Assembly (NCBI GenBank): GCA_964393115.1
Contig: CAYMST010000001.1
Span: 213 to 64,212, forward strand
Source: an uncultured Roseivirgaceae bacterium
GTDB lineage: Bacteria; Bacteroidota; Bacteroidia; Cytophagales; Cyclobacteriaceae
DNA: 64,000 bases
Reading direction: 5' to 3'
Shown piece by piece: positions 19,627-29,348 of this stretch. The stretch's first letter is position 1. Every line of letters starts with the position of its first letter. The position numbers were made by a program, and so were the translations under genes. The notes under the pieces were generated by a model that saw only the letters and a list, made by a program, of their open reading frames with translations, was not told the DNA's origin and did not search any database.

Positions 19627-20935
19627 GCCATTCTATTGTTAAGGTCTTTGTCGTACCAGCGTTGACTTTACACCTATCATCAGTCCGGTACCCAACAATC
19701 CAGATTATTCGCCCTTGCCTATCCTCTAGTAAGGATATGCGTTCTTTCAAGTTTAACGGAATTTTGAGATCAATCATAAAGTCACTTAGCTTTTTTTTGC
19801 CTTTCATGCCAAAAGGAACAAACCAATCTCCCTGTTTCCAAGACCTCAACTTCAGCGGGTAATGCACTTCACCGGCATCAAATGACGCTTTATTTGGCTT
19901 ACGGGAAATCAGTGCTCCGTCCTCAGTAGTCCAGGTATACTTTCCTGAACTATGGTTGAAACTTGCGGTATTTTTAAAAATTAAGGATGGAGGAAGTGGC
20001 GTTTGGCATTCCAAAACGAACAACGCCTCTCTATCCACTACTAGCTGATACCCATCTGCTAAAAACCGTTTACCCACTTCATCTATCGTCTCTAAAATGG
20101 ATTCCATCTGATGGATGTTAAATCCATATGGCTTCAAGACCTCCTCCAACAGTAACAGGTTACCGGGAAGTTTCGTCAAGCCTTTTTTCTGGATGGATAA
20201 CCCAGAAGTGTCTTGGGTGATAAATTTCTTTTTGAATCCAACCAGATGAGCATTGACAATCTCCTGTGCGGCACTCATGCGCTTTACATTTACCTTGATT
20301 GTTTCCCTTAGTCCCGGGTTAATTTGCTCCAAACGTGGTACTACCTCATGCCTCAGGAAGTTTCTACTATACTTCGTTTCTCGATTTGAGGCATCTTCAC
20401 GCCATTTTAGATCATGTTCTCTTGCAAAACTGACCAACTCCTCGCGAGAGAACTTTAACAATGGCCTGATGATGGTCCCTGCAACCATTGGAATTCCTGC
20501 CAACCCAGCAAGACCAGTTCCTTTTGTCCAATTGAATAGAATAGTCTCCAATACATCATCCCAGTGGTGAGCAGTCGCTATTTTATCCAGTTTACGCTTA
20601 GAACTTAATTTTTTAAACCAGTCATACCGCAACTCCCGAGCTGCCATCTGAATAGAAACCTTATGCTGATCAGCGTAAAGTAAGGTATCAAAGCGCTGCA
20701 CATGAAAAGGGACTTCTAGACTACGGGCGAGTTGTACAACAAACTCTTGATCATTGTCTGAATCACTACCCCTCAAGCTAAAATTGCAGTGCGCTATTTC
20801 AAACTGAAAATCAGCTTCTGCAAAAAGATGCGTCATCACCACGGAATCAAGCCCTCCGCTCACCGCAAGCAAAACCTTTTGCTCTTTTTGAACTAAGTTA
20901 TGCTTCTCTATTATATGTTGAAAACGTTCAATCAA
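19610..20935 (-). CDS. tilS: tRNA(Ile)-lysidine synthetase
   Basis: PP-loop LLAVSGGLDSVV, then ATAHHWDDVLETILFN. Size and C-terminal domain are typical of TilS. Confidence 0.9.
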   Translation of the reverse strand: MIERFQHIIEKHNLVQKEQKVLLAVSGGLDSVVMTHLFAEADFQFEIAHCNFSLRGSDSDNDQEFVVQLARSLEVPFHVQRFDTLLYADQHKVSIQMAARELRYDWFKKLSSKRKLDKIATAHHWDDVLETILFNWTKGTGLAGLAGIPMVAGTIIRPLLKFSREELVSFAREHDLKWREDASNRETKYSRNFLRHEVVPRLEQINPGLRETIKVNVKRMSAAQEIVNAHLVGFKKKFITQDTSGLSIQKKGLTKLPGNLLLLEEVLKPYGFNIHQMESILETIDEVGKRFLADGYQLVVDREALFVLECQTPLPPSLIFKNTASFNHSSGKYTWTTEDGALISRKPNKASFDAGEVHYPLKLRSWKQGDWFVPFGMKGKKKLSDFMIDLKIPLNLKERISLLEDRQGRIIWIVGYRTDDRCKVNAGTTKTLTIEWHEESV

Positions 20936-21071
20936 TGCTTCCTAAATATTAATCAACTGGATACTCGTCGATTTGGATGACTCCACAATGCTCCAGATTT
21001 TCCGGCGTTACAACACCGAACTTCACTTCATCAATGCGAAATTTAACGAAGGAACTTAAATTTGCCGTCGA

Positions 21072-22679
21072 ATGAACAAAATTACGGCTTTCATATTCAT
21101 ACTTACGTTGTGTACAGCAGCTTATGCCCAAAAAAACAATAACTCAACTAAAAGTCTTTCCTATAAGGCGAAAGAGCAATTTGGTGGTAGAAGAGGCAAG
21201 GTGCGTTATGTAAAATTAGTTACTGACGTCTACTTCCAACACCAAGGGACTGATGTGTATTGTGACTCGGCACTTTGGTATAGAAAGAAGAAGGTATTGG
21301 AAGCCTTTGGACATGTAAAAATAGTTTCGGATTCGGTGGTGGTGACCGCTGAGAAGCTCGTCTATGACGGCATTAGCAGGATAGCCAAACTACGATCAAA
21401 GGTTGTCTATACTGATGGTGAAAACCGGCTATACACCGACTATTTAGATTATTTCATGAATAATAAAGTAGCACAATACTTCAACCAAGGAAAGCTCATA
21501 GACTCAGCCAATGTCTTGAACTCAGAACTCGGTTATTACTACGAATTACGTGATTATGTAGAGTTTTATAATGATGTAGAGCTCATTGCCAAAGACTATA
21601 CGCTCTATGCCGATACACTTGAATACAGTACCATTACCAAGATCGCTTACACCAAAGGACATACCAGAATACTCACTGGTGATAGTGTAGAAGTCGATGC
21701 TAAAGAAGGAAAATTTGTCACCGTAAGTAATCAAACGAAGCTAACCAATAGCCAAATCGAAACCCCCGATTACTATATCAAAGGAGACGACATGTTTTTG
21801 GATGACAACAAAAGGGAATATTGGGCAAAAGGAAATGTTGTCATGACTGCTAAAAACGAAGACTTAATCATCACAGGGGATATTGGCGTATATTTTAGGG
21901 ACAAAGGCATCAGTAAAGTATATGGACGTCCGCTTATGAAAAGAATCATGCGTGAAGACACGTTGTTTCTTTCCGCTGACACCATGGTTTCCATCGAATC
22001 AAAAATAGTTGAGGAAAAAAGGTTACTGGCCTTCAACGATGTTAAAATATTTAGAACTAGTCTTCAGGGGGTAGCCGACTCTATGGAATATAAGCTGGCT
22101 GATTCCACAATTTTCTTTTATGAAGACCCCATCCTTTGGAGCAACAAAAATCAAATCTCTGCAGATTCCATCAATATAGTGTTGGTCAACAATGTCCTCG
22201 ACCATATGAACATCAACTATCACTCGTTCATTGCCTCAAAAGACACCATTGGTCAATATAATCAAATCAAAGGACGGCATATGCAAGCCTTCTTTGAGCA
22301 AAACGCACTCAAAACGGTAGATGTCGATGGCAATGGAGAAAGTCTGTACTATGCGCTTTCTGAAGAAAACAACCTCCTTCTGGGCATGAACAAAATCATT
22401 TGTAGTAACATGAAAATTCGAATGGAGAACAATGAGCTCTCCACCATTACGTTTTACAATAATCCTGAAGGGCAGTTTATTCCTCCCCATGAGTTGAACC
22501 AAGACCAGCAAAAGCTGGAGGGTTTCGATTGGCGAGAGGACAGAAGACCAACATTACCAGATGTGGCACCTTACTATAAAACCAGTGAGGATATAGTTGA
22601 AGCTATTGAAAGTAGTGCTGAGCGAAAAGCCCTTAAGGAGAAGAAAAATAGTGATCAAAAGAAAAACAATGCACAATAG
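21072..22679 (+). CDS. OstA/LptD-N-terminal-like periplasmic protein
   Basis: Signal peptide ends AAYA|Q. Repetitive beta-jellyroll-like segments are present (VYCDSALWYRKKKVLEAFGHVKI, LYTDYLDYF, LYADTLEYS). It lies just upstream of bamD. The family assignment is from memory only. Confidence 0.45.
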   Translation: MNKITAFIFILTLCTAAYAQKNNNSTKSLSYKAKEQFGGRRGKVRYVKLVTDVYFQHQGTDVYCDSALWYRKKKVLEAFGHVKIVSDSVVVTAEKLVYDGISRIAKLRSKVVYTDGENRLYTDYLDYFMNNKVAQYFNQGKLIDSANVLNSELGYYYELRDYVEFYNDVELIAKDYTLYADTLEYSTITKIAYTKGHTRILTGDSVEVDAKEGKFVTVSNQTKLTNSQIETPDYYIKGDDMFLDDNKREYWAKGNVVMTAKNEDLIITGDIGVYFRDKGISKVYGRPLMKRIMREDTLFLSADTMVSIESKIVEEKRLLAFNDVKIFRTSLQGVADSMEYKLADSTIFFYEDPILWSNKNQISADSINIVLVNNVLDHMNINYHSFIASKDTIGQYNQIKGRHMQAFFEQNALKTVDVDGNGESLYYALSEENNLLLGMNKIICSNMKIRMENNELSTITFYNNPEGQFIPPHELNQDQQKLEGFDWREDRRPTLPDVAPYYKTSEDIVEAIESSAERKALKEKKNSDQKKNNAQ

Positions 22680-22765
22680 TTACTACACCCTTACTACTAG
22701 TGGTTGGTTTACAAAGCATTGATTATATTTGCAGGCTTAAAATTCAGAGGAGGCGAATCGAATTC

Positions 22766-23560
22766 ATGAGGAAATTATTAGTTGGCATCATATTCCTTAC
22801 CTTAATCACATCATGTAGTAAATTTCGTAGTATCCAGCGATCAGACGATTGGAAGGTGAGATACGACGCTGCTATGGCTTATTATGAGGCCAAGGATTAT
22901 TACAGATCCTCTATCTTAATGGAAGAACTTCTTCCGGTAATACGCGGAACAAAGGAGGCTGAAAAGCTCATGTTCTATAACTGTTACACGTATTTCCATC
23001 AAGGGATGTTCATCCTGAGTGCTGATCGGTTCAGGCAATTTTCTACCATTTATAGTAGGAGTAAATATGTGGAGGAAGCAGAATACATGCATGCCTATTC
23101 TCTTTACATGCAGTCACCAGAATTCTCCCTTGATCAGGGATCAACGGCAGAGTCTATGTTTGCTTTACAAACATTTATAGAGAAGTATCCAACAACAGAT
23201 TTTTCTGATCAGGCTACTGCGATTATGGACGATCTACAAAGGAAGCTGGAGAAAAAATCCTACGAAATCGCAAAGTTGTATTTTAAAATCAGAGAGTATA
23301 AAGCGGCACTTGTTGCGTTTGACAACTTCAACAAAGACTTTCCTGATTCTGACTACAACGAAGAAGTGGATTATTTAAAAATTAAGGCACAGTACACCAT
23401 AGCCTCAGAAAGCATTCGGTCCAAAAGAAAAGAAAGACTTCTCGAAACTATTTCTTTTTATGAGGAGTATTTAGAAAAATACCCAAAAGGGAAAAACATT
23501 AAGAAGGCAGAAGCCATATTTGTAGCTTGCCGTGGTAAATTAGAAAAGCAGAAAATATAA
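22766..23560 (+). CDS. bamD: Outer membrane protein assembly factor BamD (TPR lipoprotein)
   Basis: Lipoprotein signal MRKLLVGIIFLTLITSC from the ATG at 22766; the track ORF begins earlier, at a GTG at 22700. TPR-like YYEAKDYYRS and KIREYKAALVAFDNF. It immediately precedes rpoZ, as in other Bacteroidota. Confidence 0.8.
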   Translation: MRKLLVGIIFLTLITSCSKFRSIQRSDDWKVRYDAAMAYYEAKDYYRSSILMEELLPVIRGTKEAEKLMFYNCYTYFHQGMFILSADRFRQFSTIYSRSKYVEEAEYMHAYSLYMQSPEFSLDQGSTAESMFALQTFIEKYPTTDFSDQATAIMDDLQRKLEKKSYEIAKLYFKIREYKAALVAFDNFNKDFPDSDYNEEVDYLKIKAQYTIASESIRSKRKERLLETISFYEEYLEKYPKGKNIKKAEAIFVACRGKLEKQKI

Positions 23561-23571
23561 TATAAATCAAT

Positions 23572-23883
23572 ATGTCAGGCACTTCATCAATTATCCCAAG
23601 AAATATTGTGGACATCGGAGAAAAGACTGGTAACATCTATGAGTCTATTGCTGTCATAGGCAAGAGGGCAAGACAGATTTCCAGCCAACACAAAGATGAG
23701 CTAAATAACAAGCTAGCAGAATTTGCTTCCTCAGTGGATAACTTGGAAGAAATCTTTGAAAACAGAGAGCAAATTGAGATCTCTAAATTCTATGAAAAAA
23801 TGCCAAAGCCGTCTTTGACCGCTATTGATGAATTCATGGAAGACAAGCTTCTGCACCGAAGAGGTGAGGAAGTAGACTGGTAA
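23572..23883 (+). CDS. rpoZ: DNA-directed RNA polymerase subunit omega
   Basis: NIYESIAVIGKRARQIS is the RpoZ core helix. The 103-aa size and the conserved position between bamD and coaBC fit. Confidence 0.8.
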   Translation: MSGTSSIIPRNIVDIGEKTGNIYESIAVIGKRARQISSQHKDELNNKLAEFASSVDNLEEIFENREQIEISKFYEKMPKPSLTAIDEFMEDKLLHRRGEEVDW

Positions 23884-23914
23884 ATCAAGTCGGTAACGAC
23901 TTACAGTAAATAAG

Positions 23915-23954
23915 AAGTCATTTGTGATGTTTATATTGCAAATGACTTTTTTTT
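23915..23954 (+). terminator. Rho-independent terminator after rpoZ
   Basis: AAGTCATTTG (23915-23924) pairs with CAAATGACTT (23939-23948). The second arm runs into an 8-T tract (23947-23954). Confidence 0.8.
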
Positions 23955-24016
23955 GATAGGTCCTTAACTTCGGATGACTTCGGAAGTTGTAGCGACATAT
24001 CTGTCAACCCACCGAA

Positions 24017-25213
24017 ATGCAAGGAAAAAAAATTATACTTGGTGTCACAGGAAGTATCGCTGCCTATAAGTCCGCACTCCTAGTACGGCTATTGGTCAAG
24101 CAAGGCGCAGAAGTACGTGTCGTTCAGACAAAGGCGTCACAGGAGTTCATCACTCCACTTACGCTTTCTACGCTATCCAAACACCCTGTATTGACGGAGT
24201 TCGTTGACAGCCCAAATGGAGAATGGAATAATCACGTCGAGCTAGGGCTCTGGGCGGATGCCATCATCATCGCTCCCGCCAGTGCAAATACCTTAGCAAA
24301 AATGGCTAGTGGTACATGCGATAATCTACTACTTGCCACCTATCTATCCGCGAGGTGTCCCGTGTTCGTTGCCCCGGCCATGGATCTGGACATGTACCTC
24401 CACCCTACTACGCAAGCTAATCTTCAAACACTACAGGCAAATGGTAACATGATCATAGATCCTGAAGATGGTGAGCTAGCAAGCGGTCTAGTAGGTGTAG
24501 GAAGGCTGGCAGAACCAGAGGAAATAGTCACAAGCTTAAAAGCATTTTTTCAAAGATCTCTAGTACTCAAAAACAAGAGAGTACTCATTACTTCCGGTCC
24601 TACGCATGAGGCTATCGACCCCGTTCGGTTTATTGGCAATCGATCTACTGGCAAAATGGGAAAGGCATTAGCGGAAAGCGCTGCAGCACTGGGAGCACAT
24701 GTAGACTTTATCAGCGGTCCGGTTAACGAATTACCTAAGCATCCAAAAGTAGATATCACGACTGTTCAATCAGCGGATCAAATGTATGAAGCAGCTCTAG
24801 GTAAACACCAAAAAGCCAACTTAGCCATATTCACCGCTGCTGTTGCTGATTATCGTGTTAAAGAGATCGCCGTTCAAAAAATCAAAAAGAATGATGAGCA
24901 TTTTACGCTAGAGCTGATCAAAAACAAAGATATTGCTCTTGAGCTGGGTAAGAAAAAAACCGGCAACCAGCTTCATCTGGGTTTTGCTTTAGAGACCGAG
25001 AATGAAAGTGCACACGCACAACAGAAGTTGGCAAAAAAGAATTTTGACTTTATTGCGCTAAACTCACTTAACGATAAAGGTGCCGGCTTCGGACACGATA
25101 CGAACAAGGTAACCGTTTACAATAAACAAGGACAAAAAACCTCTTTTGACCTTATGGACAAAAAGGTAGTGGCCAATAAGATTTTTGATTTGATAATTCC
25201 TCACGTCAAATGA
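24017..25213 (+). CDS. coaBC: Bifunctional phosphopantothenoylcysteine decarboxylase / phosphopantothenate-cysteine ligase
   Basis: N-terminal flavoprotein motif ILGVTGSIAAYKS, then PAMDLDMY, then the C-terminal ligase part ITSGPTHEAIDPVRFIGNRSTGKMG. Confidence 0.95.
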   Translation: MQGKKIILGVTGSIAAYKSALLVRLLVKQGAEVRVVQTKASQEFITPLTLSTLSKHPVLTEFVDSPNGEWNNHVELGLWADAIIIAPASANTLAKMASGTCDNLLLATYLSARCPVFVAPAMDLDMYLHPTTQANLQTLQANGNMIIDPEDGELASGLVGVGRLAEPEEIVTSLKAFFQRSLVLKNKRVLITSGPTHEAIDPVRFIGNRSTGKMGKALAESAAALGAHVDFISGPVNELPKHPKVDITTVQSADQMYEAALGKHQKANLAIFTAAVADYRVKEIAVQKIKKNDEHFTLELIKNKDIALELGKKKTGNQLHLGFALETENESAHAQQKLAKKNFDFIALNSLNDKGAGFGHDTNKVTVYNKQGQKTSFDLMDKKVVANKIFDLIIPHVK

Positions 25214-26106
25214 CCAAATACACACTAACTCTATCTCTTTTTTTGATTACACTTTACTCGCTTCATGCGCAAGAGCTAAAATGCTTTGTAAAGGTAAACA
25301 ACCAACAGGTTCAACTCTCCAATAAGGAGATCATTGAGGAACTGGAAGACGCCGCCGAGGCTTTCCTCAACGAGAGGAAGTGGACAGATGATGATTTTGA
25401 AGAGCAAGAGCGGATCAGCTGTAACTTGCTGATTAACTTGACAAGCTCACCGAACCCTGGAGAGTTTGTAGCTACGCTACAGTTTAAAATAGCCCGGCCT
25501 GTTTTTAATAGCGATTACCAAAGTCCTCTAATGTTGCTGGTAGACCGCAATGTGCGGTTTAGTTATAACGAGTCCCAACCGATGCTCTTTAACGAAGGGG
25601 GGTTTACAGATAACCTGACTTCTATACTCGCTTTTTATGCTTACACCATCATTGGATTAGATTATGATTCATTTGCAGAGGTATCGGGCACTTTCTTTTA
25701 CCAACAAGCGCTGAATGTGGCGAACAATGCACAAAACAATGGATTCGAAGACTGGGATAAGTTTGGGAGTAAGCGAAGCCGCTATAACCTCAACGATAAC
25801 TTACTCAACGTCAACTTAGAACCAATGCGTAGGTTTATCTATCAGTACCATCGTAAAGGCTTAGATCTCATGACCGAAGACCCCGAAACGGCCAGAAAGA
25901 ATATCGTTGAGTCCTTTAAGATGCTCAAAGAAGGGAACAATAACCTAGCTAGGACACCATTGATCCTGAGCATCATAGATAGTAAAAAAGGAGAGTTTGC
26001 CAATGTGTTCTCCGAAGGAGACCTTTCCATCAAAAAAGAGGCTTTCAACCTACTATCAGAAATAGCCCCCGCCAGTACATCCGACTTCCAAAAAATACTG
26101 GAGTAG
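25210..26106 (+). CDS. DUF4835-family protein
   Basis: ATGA start/stop overlap with coaBC. Signal peptide ends SLHA|Q. It holds the conserved position directly after coaBC in Bacteroidota. The family call rests on position and on remembered sequence character. Confidence 0.6.
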   Translation: MTKYTLTLSLFLITLYSLHAQELKCFVKVNNQQVQLSNKEIIEELEDAAEAFLNERKWTDDDFEEQERISCNLLINLTSSPNPGEFVATLQFKIARPVFNSDYQSPLMLLVDRNVRFSYNESQPMLFNEGGFTDNLTSILAFYAYTIIGLDYDSFAEVSGTFFYQQALNVANNAQNNGFEDWDKFGSKRSRYNLNDNLLNVNLEPMRRFIYQYHRKGLDLMTEDPETARKNIVESFKMLKEGNNNLARTPLILSIIDSKKGEFANVFSEGDLSIKKEAFNLLSEIAPASTSDFQKILE

Positions 26107-26180
26107 GCGGGCATATGATTGGGTAATAGCAAATAAACGCAATTACGTTTTTGGTATGCTATGTTTAAGAAAGAACAAAA

Positions 26181-26825
26181 TTGAACGTATACACTTTTAT
26201 AAAAAATGATTTATATAAGAACTTCATTGGATTGTTCTTATCCCTTGCTCTGCTTGCATCAATTCCTCCAATCATTTCCTCAGCGTGGACATTCAATTTT
26301 CTGTTTAAATCAGTTTTCGTCTGTCTAGTAACTTCACTAGTGATTAATACTTTTCAATATGTATTTTGTAATTTCGATTGGAAAACCAGACTTAAATTAT
26401 TTCAAACTAAACCTATTTATGAACTTGTTTCATCCTATGGCTTTCAATTCAGATATACAAAATATGCTTTTCCGTTTTTGCCAAGTCTTTATTTACAAGG
26501 TCGATTAGAAGAATATGATATAACTATTGATCATGTTTACAATTTAGACAGGAATGACATGCGTTTCTGTTTAACATCCGAACGACCAAGATTAGATAAT
26601 AAACAGCGACAATTTTTTTTTGATTTTCTAAATAATAAAAATGCCCTGTTCACCGAACAGGATGGCGTCATTGAATATGACTATTCTTTCCCTATTGATA
26701 AACTGGAGCAACTGGAGGCAAGAACAATTTTGAATGAGATCAAAGAACTAATTGCAACGTTGAATAAATTCGAAGTGAAAAATAAACATAACAGTCGATA
26801 TGGTAGCAGGGCGATTCAGAGGTAA
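26181..26825 (+). CDS. Hypothetical membrane protein (ORFan)
   Basis: TTG-initiated 214-aa ORF with two N-terminal hydrophobic helices. A+T-rich. No recognisable domain. Confidence 0.45.
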   Translation: MNVYTFIKNDLYKNFIGLFLSLALLASIPPIISSAWTFNFLFKSVFVCLVTSLVINTFQYVFCNFDWKTRLKLFQTKPIYELVSSYGFQFRYTKYAFPFLPSLYLQGRLEEYDITIDHVYNLDRNDMRFCLTSERPRLDNKQRQFFFDFLNNKNALFTEQDGVIEYDYSFPIDKLEQLEARTILNEIKELIATLNKFEVKNKHNSRYGSRAIQR

Positions 26826-26996
26826 AAGAAGCGTTAGTGCTCTTGGAAGTCCCGTCGATTCTACGACCTACCTCATTATAAGTCAAAAATGTATGAGCCG
26901 AATTGAAGATTCGACTATATTCGTACAGAAACTAACTATATAATAAGCACCTCACGGCATATCTGGCCGTTATCAGTAAAAACCTTTAAGCCTAAA

Positions 26997-27800
26997 ATGA
27001 AATTTAAACTCCTATCACTTCTGGTATTTATCATACTTTTAGGTTGCAATAAGCATAGAGAATCTTCAAAAACTCATCACAAGAACATCATGATTGACGT
27101 GTCATTTGTTAGAGATTATCCTCATGACACCACATCATTTACCGAAGGGTTACTATTTTATAAAGGAGAATTATATGAGAGTACAGGAGCAGCTCATGAC
27201 CTTCCTCAGACCAGATCTCTCTTCGGAACTGTAGATTTAGAAACTGGAATTATTGAACCTAAAGCAGAATTGAATAGGAATCAATTCTTTGGAGAGGGTA
27301 TATCTTTTATCGATAACAGACTGTTTCAACTGACCTATACATCCAGAATCGGATTTATATATGATGACAGCACATTTAATAAAATCCAAGAGTTCTCAAT
27401 TCCTAGTCAACAAGGCTGGGGACTGACTTCAAATGGGCAACAACTTATAATGAGCGATGGAACAAATAACTTGACTTATCTCAACCCTGAAACCCAACAA
27501 GTAGTCAAAACGGTTTCTGTTTTTGATGAAGGTCATAGTTTAGATCAATTAAACGAACTAGAATACATCAGGGGATATATCTACGCTAATGTGTGGCACA
27601 CAAATATCATTGTCAAAATTGATCCTAAAAGTGGATCTGTTGTCGGAAAAATTGACCTTACCCCTTTTGCCGATGAAGCAAAAGCAATATTTCCAAACGC
27701 CATGGAAATGAATGGAATCGCTTTTGAAGAAAAAAGCAAAAGCATATTTATTACCGGCAAGATGTGGCCTAAGATCTATCAATTAAAAATCAAACTATAG
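26997..27800 (+). CDS. Glutaminyl-peptide cyclotransferase (beta-propeller glutamine cyclase)
   Basis: TSFTEGLLFYKGELYESTG...LFGTVDLETG...GEGISFIDNRLFQLTY...GWGLTSNG...LNELEYIRGYIYANVW matches plant/bacterial-type QC along its whole length. A lipoprotein-like signal (LLGC) is present. Confidence 0.85.
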   Translation: MKFKLLSLLVFIILLGCNKHRESSKTHHKNIMIDVSFVRDYPHDTTSFTEGLLFYKGELYESTGAAHDLPQTRSLFGTVDLETGIIEPKAELNRNQFFGEGISFIDNRLFQLTYTSRIGFIYDDSTFNKIQEFSIPSQQGWGLTSNGQQLIMSDGTNNLTYLNPETQQVVKTVSVFDEGHSLDQLNELEYIRGYIYANVWHTNIIVKIDPKSGSVVGKIDLTPFADEAKAIFPNAMEMNGIAFEEKSKSIFITGKMWPKIYQLKIKL

Positions 27801-27909
27801 AATACTGATAACAAGCAGTAATGAAATTATGGCTGACTTGAGCAATCCAAAACGCACTTGTGTGAAGGGGGTATAAGGAGGATGATAATGTAAAGCCTGA
27901 TATTGTTTT

Positions 27910-27920
27910 GATTTTTTCCA
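27910..27920 (+). repeat. 11-mer GATTTTTTCCA, copy 1
   Basis: Exact 11-mer, read directly. See also copies at 28016-28026 and 28702-28725. Confidence 0.9.
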
Positions 27921-28015
27921 ATGCTCCATTAAGAAAATCTAAGCGTCATATCGCGAATTCGGCTATCTTCCCACCGAAACAAACTACACGTTAAACACCA
28001 CATATGTACGGGGCA

Positions 28016-28026
28016 GATTTTTTCCA
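28016..28026 (+). repeat. 11-mer GATTTTTTCCA, copy 2
   Basis: Exact repeat of the 27910 11-mer, 106 bp downstream of it and 48 nt upstream of the ATG at 28074. Confidence 0.9.
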
Positions 28027-28073
28027 ACCAAATTACCATTTCAAGTGTCATAATGTAAACAAATAGAATAAAT

Positions 28074-28628
28074 ATGAAACCTGTCTACTTCCTATTAGCA
28101 ATCTTAATACTATTCTCATGTGAAGATGATGAGTTTGAATTTGCTCATATCAGAATTAATCATTTTAAACAATCGGCTGTTGGAGTCGGTCCAACTCTTG
28201 TGTTATTAACCCAAGAAGATGACAACATTGGAACAGACAATTGGCAATATCACTACTCTGGAATTAGTGGGTTTAATTATGAGTGGGGATACATCTATGA
28301 CTTGAAAATTAGCAAAAGACGGCTTGATAACCCTCCTGAAGACGGGTCTTCCGTAGAGTATATTCTTGAAGAAATTATTTCAAAAACCTCTGTTGATCAA
28401 AATACCAGCTTTGAACTCATCTTAAAATCGGAAACGATGGGTATCGTACCAGCTATCGTTATAGGCAATGCCATTTCAGGGTTTAAGTTGATCGATGAAC
28501 AAAAAATTAATTGCTCAAACTTATGTGAAGAATTAGGCCAATCACTTAATGAAAAAAATGAGGTTATCGGTTCGTTCAAATACGATACTACAAATCAACT
28601 ACTCCTATTGGAACTAAAGCCTGATTAG
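28074..28628 (+). CDS. Lipoprotein, DUF4377-like
   Basis: Lipobox ILFSC. ISGFNYEWGYIYDLKISKRRLDNPPEDGSSVEYILEEII resembles the DUF4377 pattern (GF.YE.GY.Y.L.V....NPP.D.S...Y.L). Confidence 0.55.
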   Translation: MKPVYFLLAILILFSCEDDEFEFAHIRINHFKQSAVGVGPTLVLLTQEDDNIGTDNWQYHYSGISGFNYEWGYIYDLKISKRRLDNPPEDGSSVEYILEEIISKTSVDQNTSFELILKSETMGIVPAIVIGNAISGFKLIDEQKINCSNLCEELGQSLNEKNEVIGSFKYDTTNQLLLLELKPD

Positions 28629-28701
28629 AATACTCATCATATGAGTCTATGTCCCATGACGGTTCTGAGCTGACCGAAGCTATTCAGCATTATTGTATCC
28701 C

Positions 28702-28725
28702 TGGAAAAAATCTCCGATTTTTCCA
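28702..28725. repeat. Inverted pair TGGAAAAAATC-TCC-GATTTTTCCA built from the same 11-mer
   Basis: 28702-28712 is the exact reverse complement of GATTTTTTCCA. 28716-28725 is the forward motif with one T fewer. Confidence 0.9.
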
Positions 28726-28827
28726 TATTGTTGAAAACGAGGCTCTGAAAAAACCGAAGATTTCCCCTAAAATTGATCAAACGCACAATTCATACTGAGG
28801 CGATATAAGGGATCTCAATTTGTTTAT

Positions 28828-29265
28828 ATGGATATAATAGTTATCAAGAAAGAAATAGACAGGGTTATGCTTGAAGTTATTAATCAAAGTGATAATCCAG
28901 AAATCATTCTGATTTACGTTGACACCTCATATGATGATCAGTCTAACATAGTTCCTTTCTTCAACATATTTGGTCTTAAAGTTATTGATGGTTATGATTT
29001 TGATAAAGCAATCGAGATTGCATCGGAACAGCAAGATGAAAGCTTCATATGGGATGTTTTAGATGAGTGCTATAGTTCAACATTTGAAATCAACCTTTCT
29101 GCTTTATACCCTGAATGGCCAAATGACGATGAGTCTAGTGACAAAAAAGTGGTGGGCATAATAGAAACTGTAATCGATGAAAAAAAACAAAAGTTTGACC
29201 ATATTCAAAAACTTTATTTCTTCCATGTAGACTCTTTTGACTTTAAAAAAATCATCGATAAATAG
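28828..29265 (+). CDS. Hypothetical acidic cytoplasmic protein (ORFan)
   Basis: 145-aa ORF, strongly Asp/Glu-rich, with no hydrophobic segment. Confidence 0.5.
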   Translation: MDIIVIKKEIDRVMLEVINQSDNPEIILIYVDTSYDDQSNIVPFFNIFGLKVIDGYDFDKAIEIASEQQDESFIWDVLDECYSSTFEINLSALYPEWPNDDESSDKKVVGIIETVIDEKKQKFDHIQKLYFFHVDSFDFKKIIDK

Positions 29266-29348
29266 AATCATGACAACCATCTTAAAACACTGAATAAAAG
29301 CATTTAAACGACTTTTATTCATACTATTAGAGATAATTGAATAGCCTT

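Noticed and set aside
20949-21131. A 60-aa minus-strand ORF in the tilS / OstA-like divergent promoter region.
   Set aside because: It overlaps the start of the 21072 gene and has no recognisable features. It is likely spurious.
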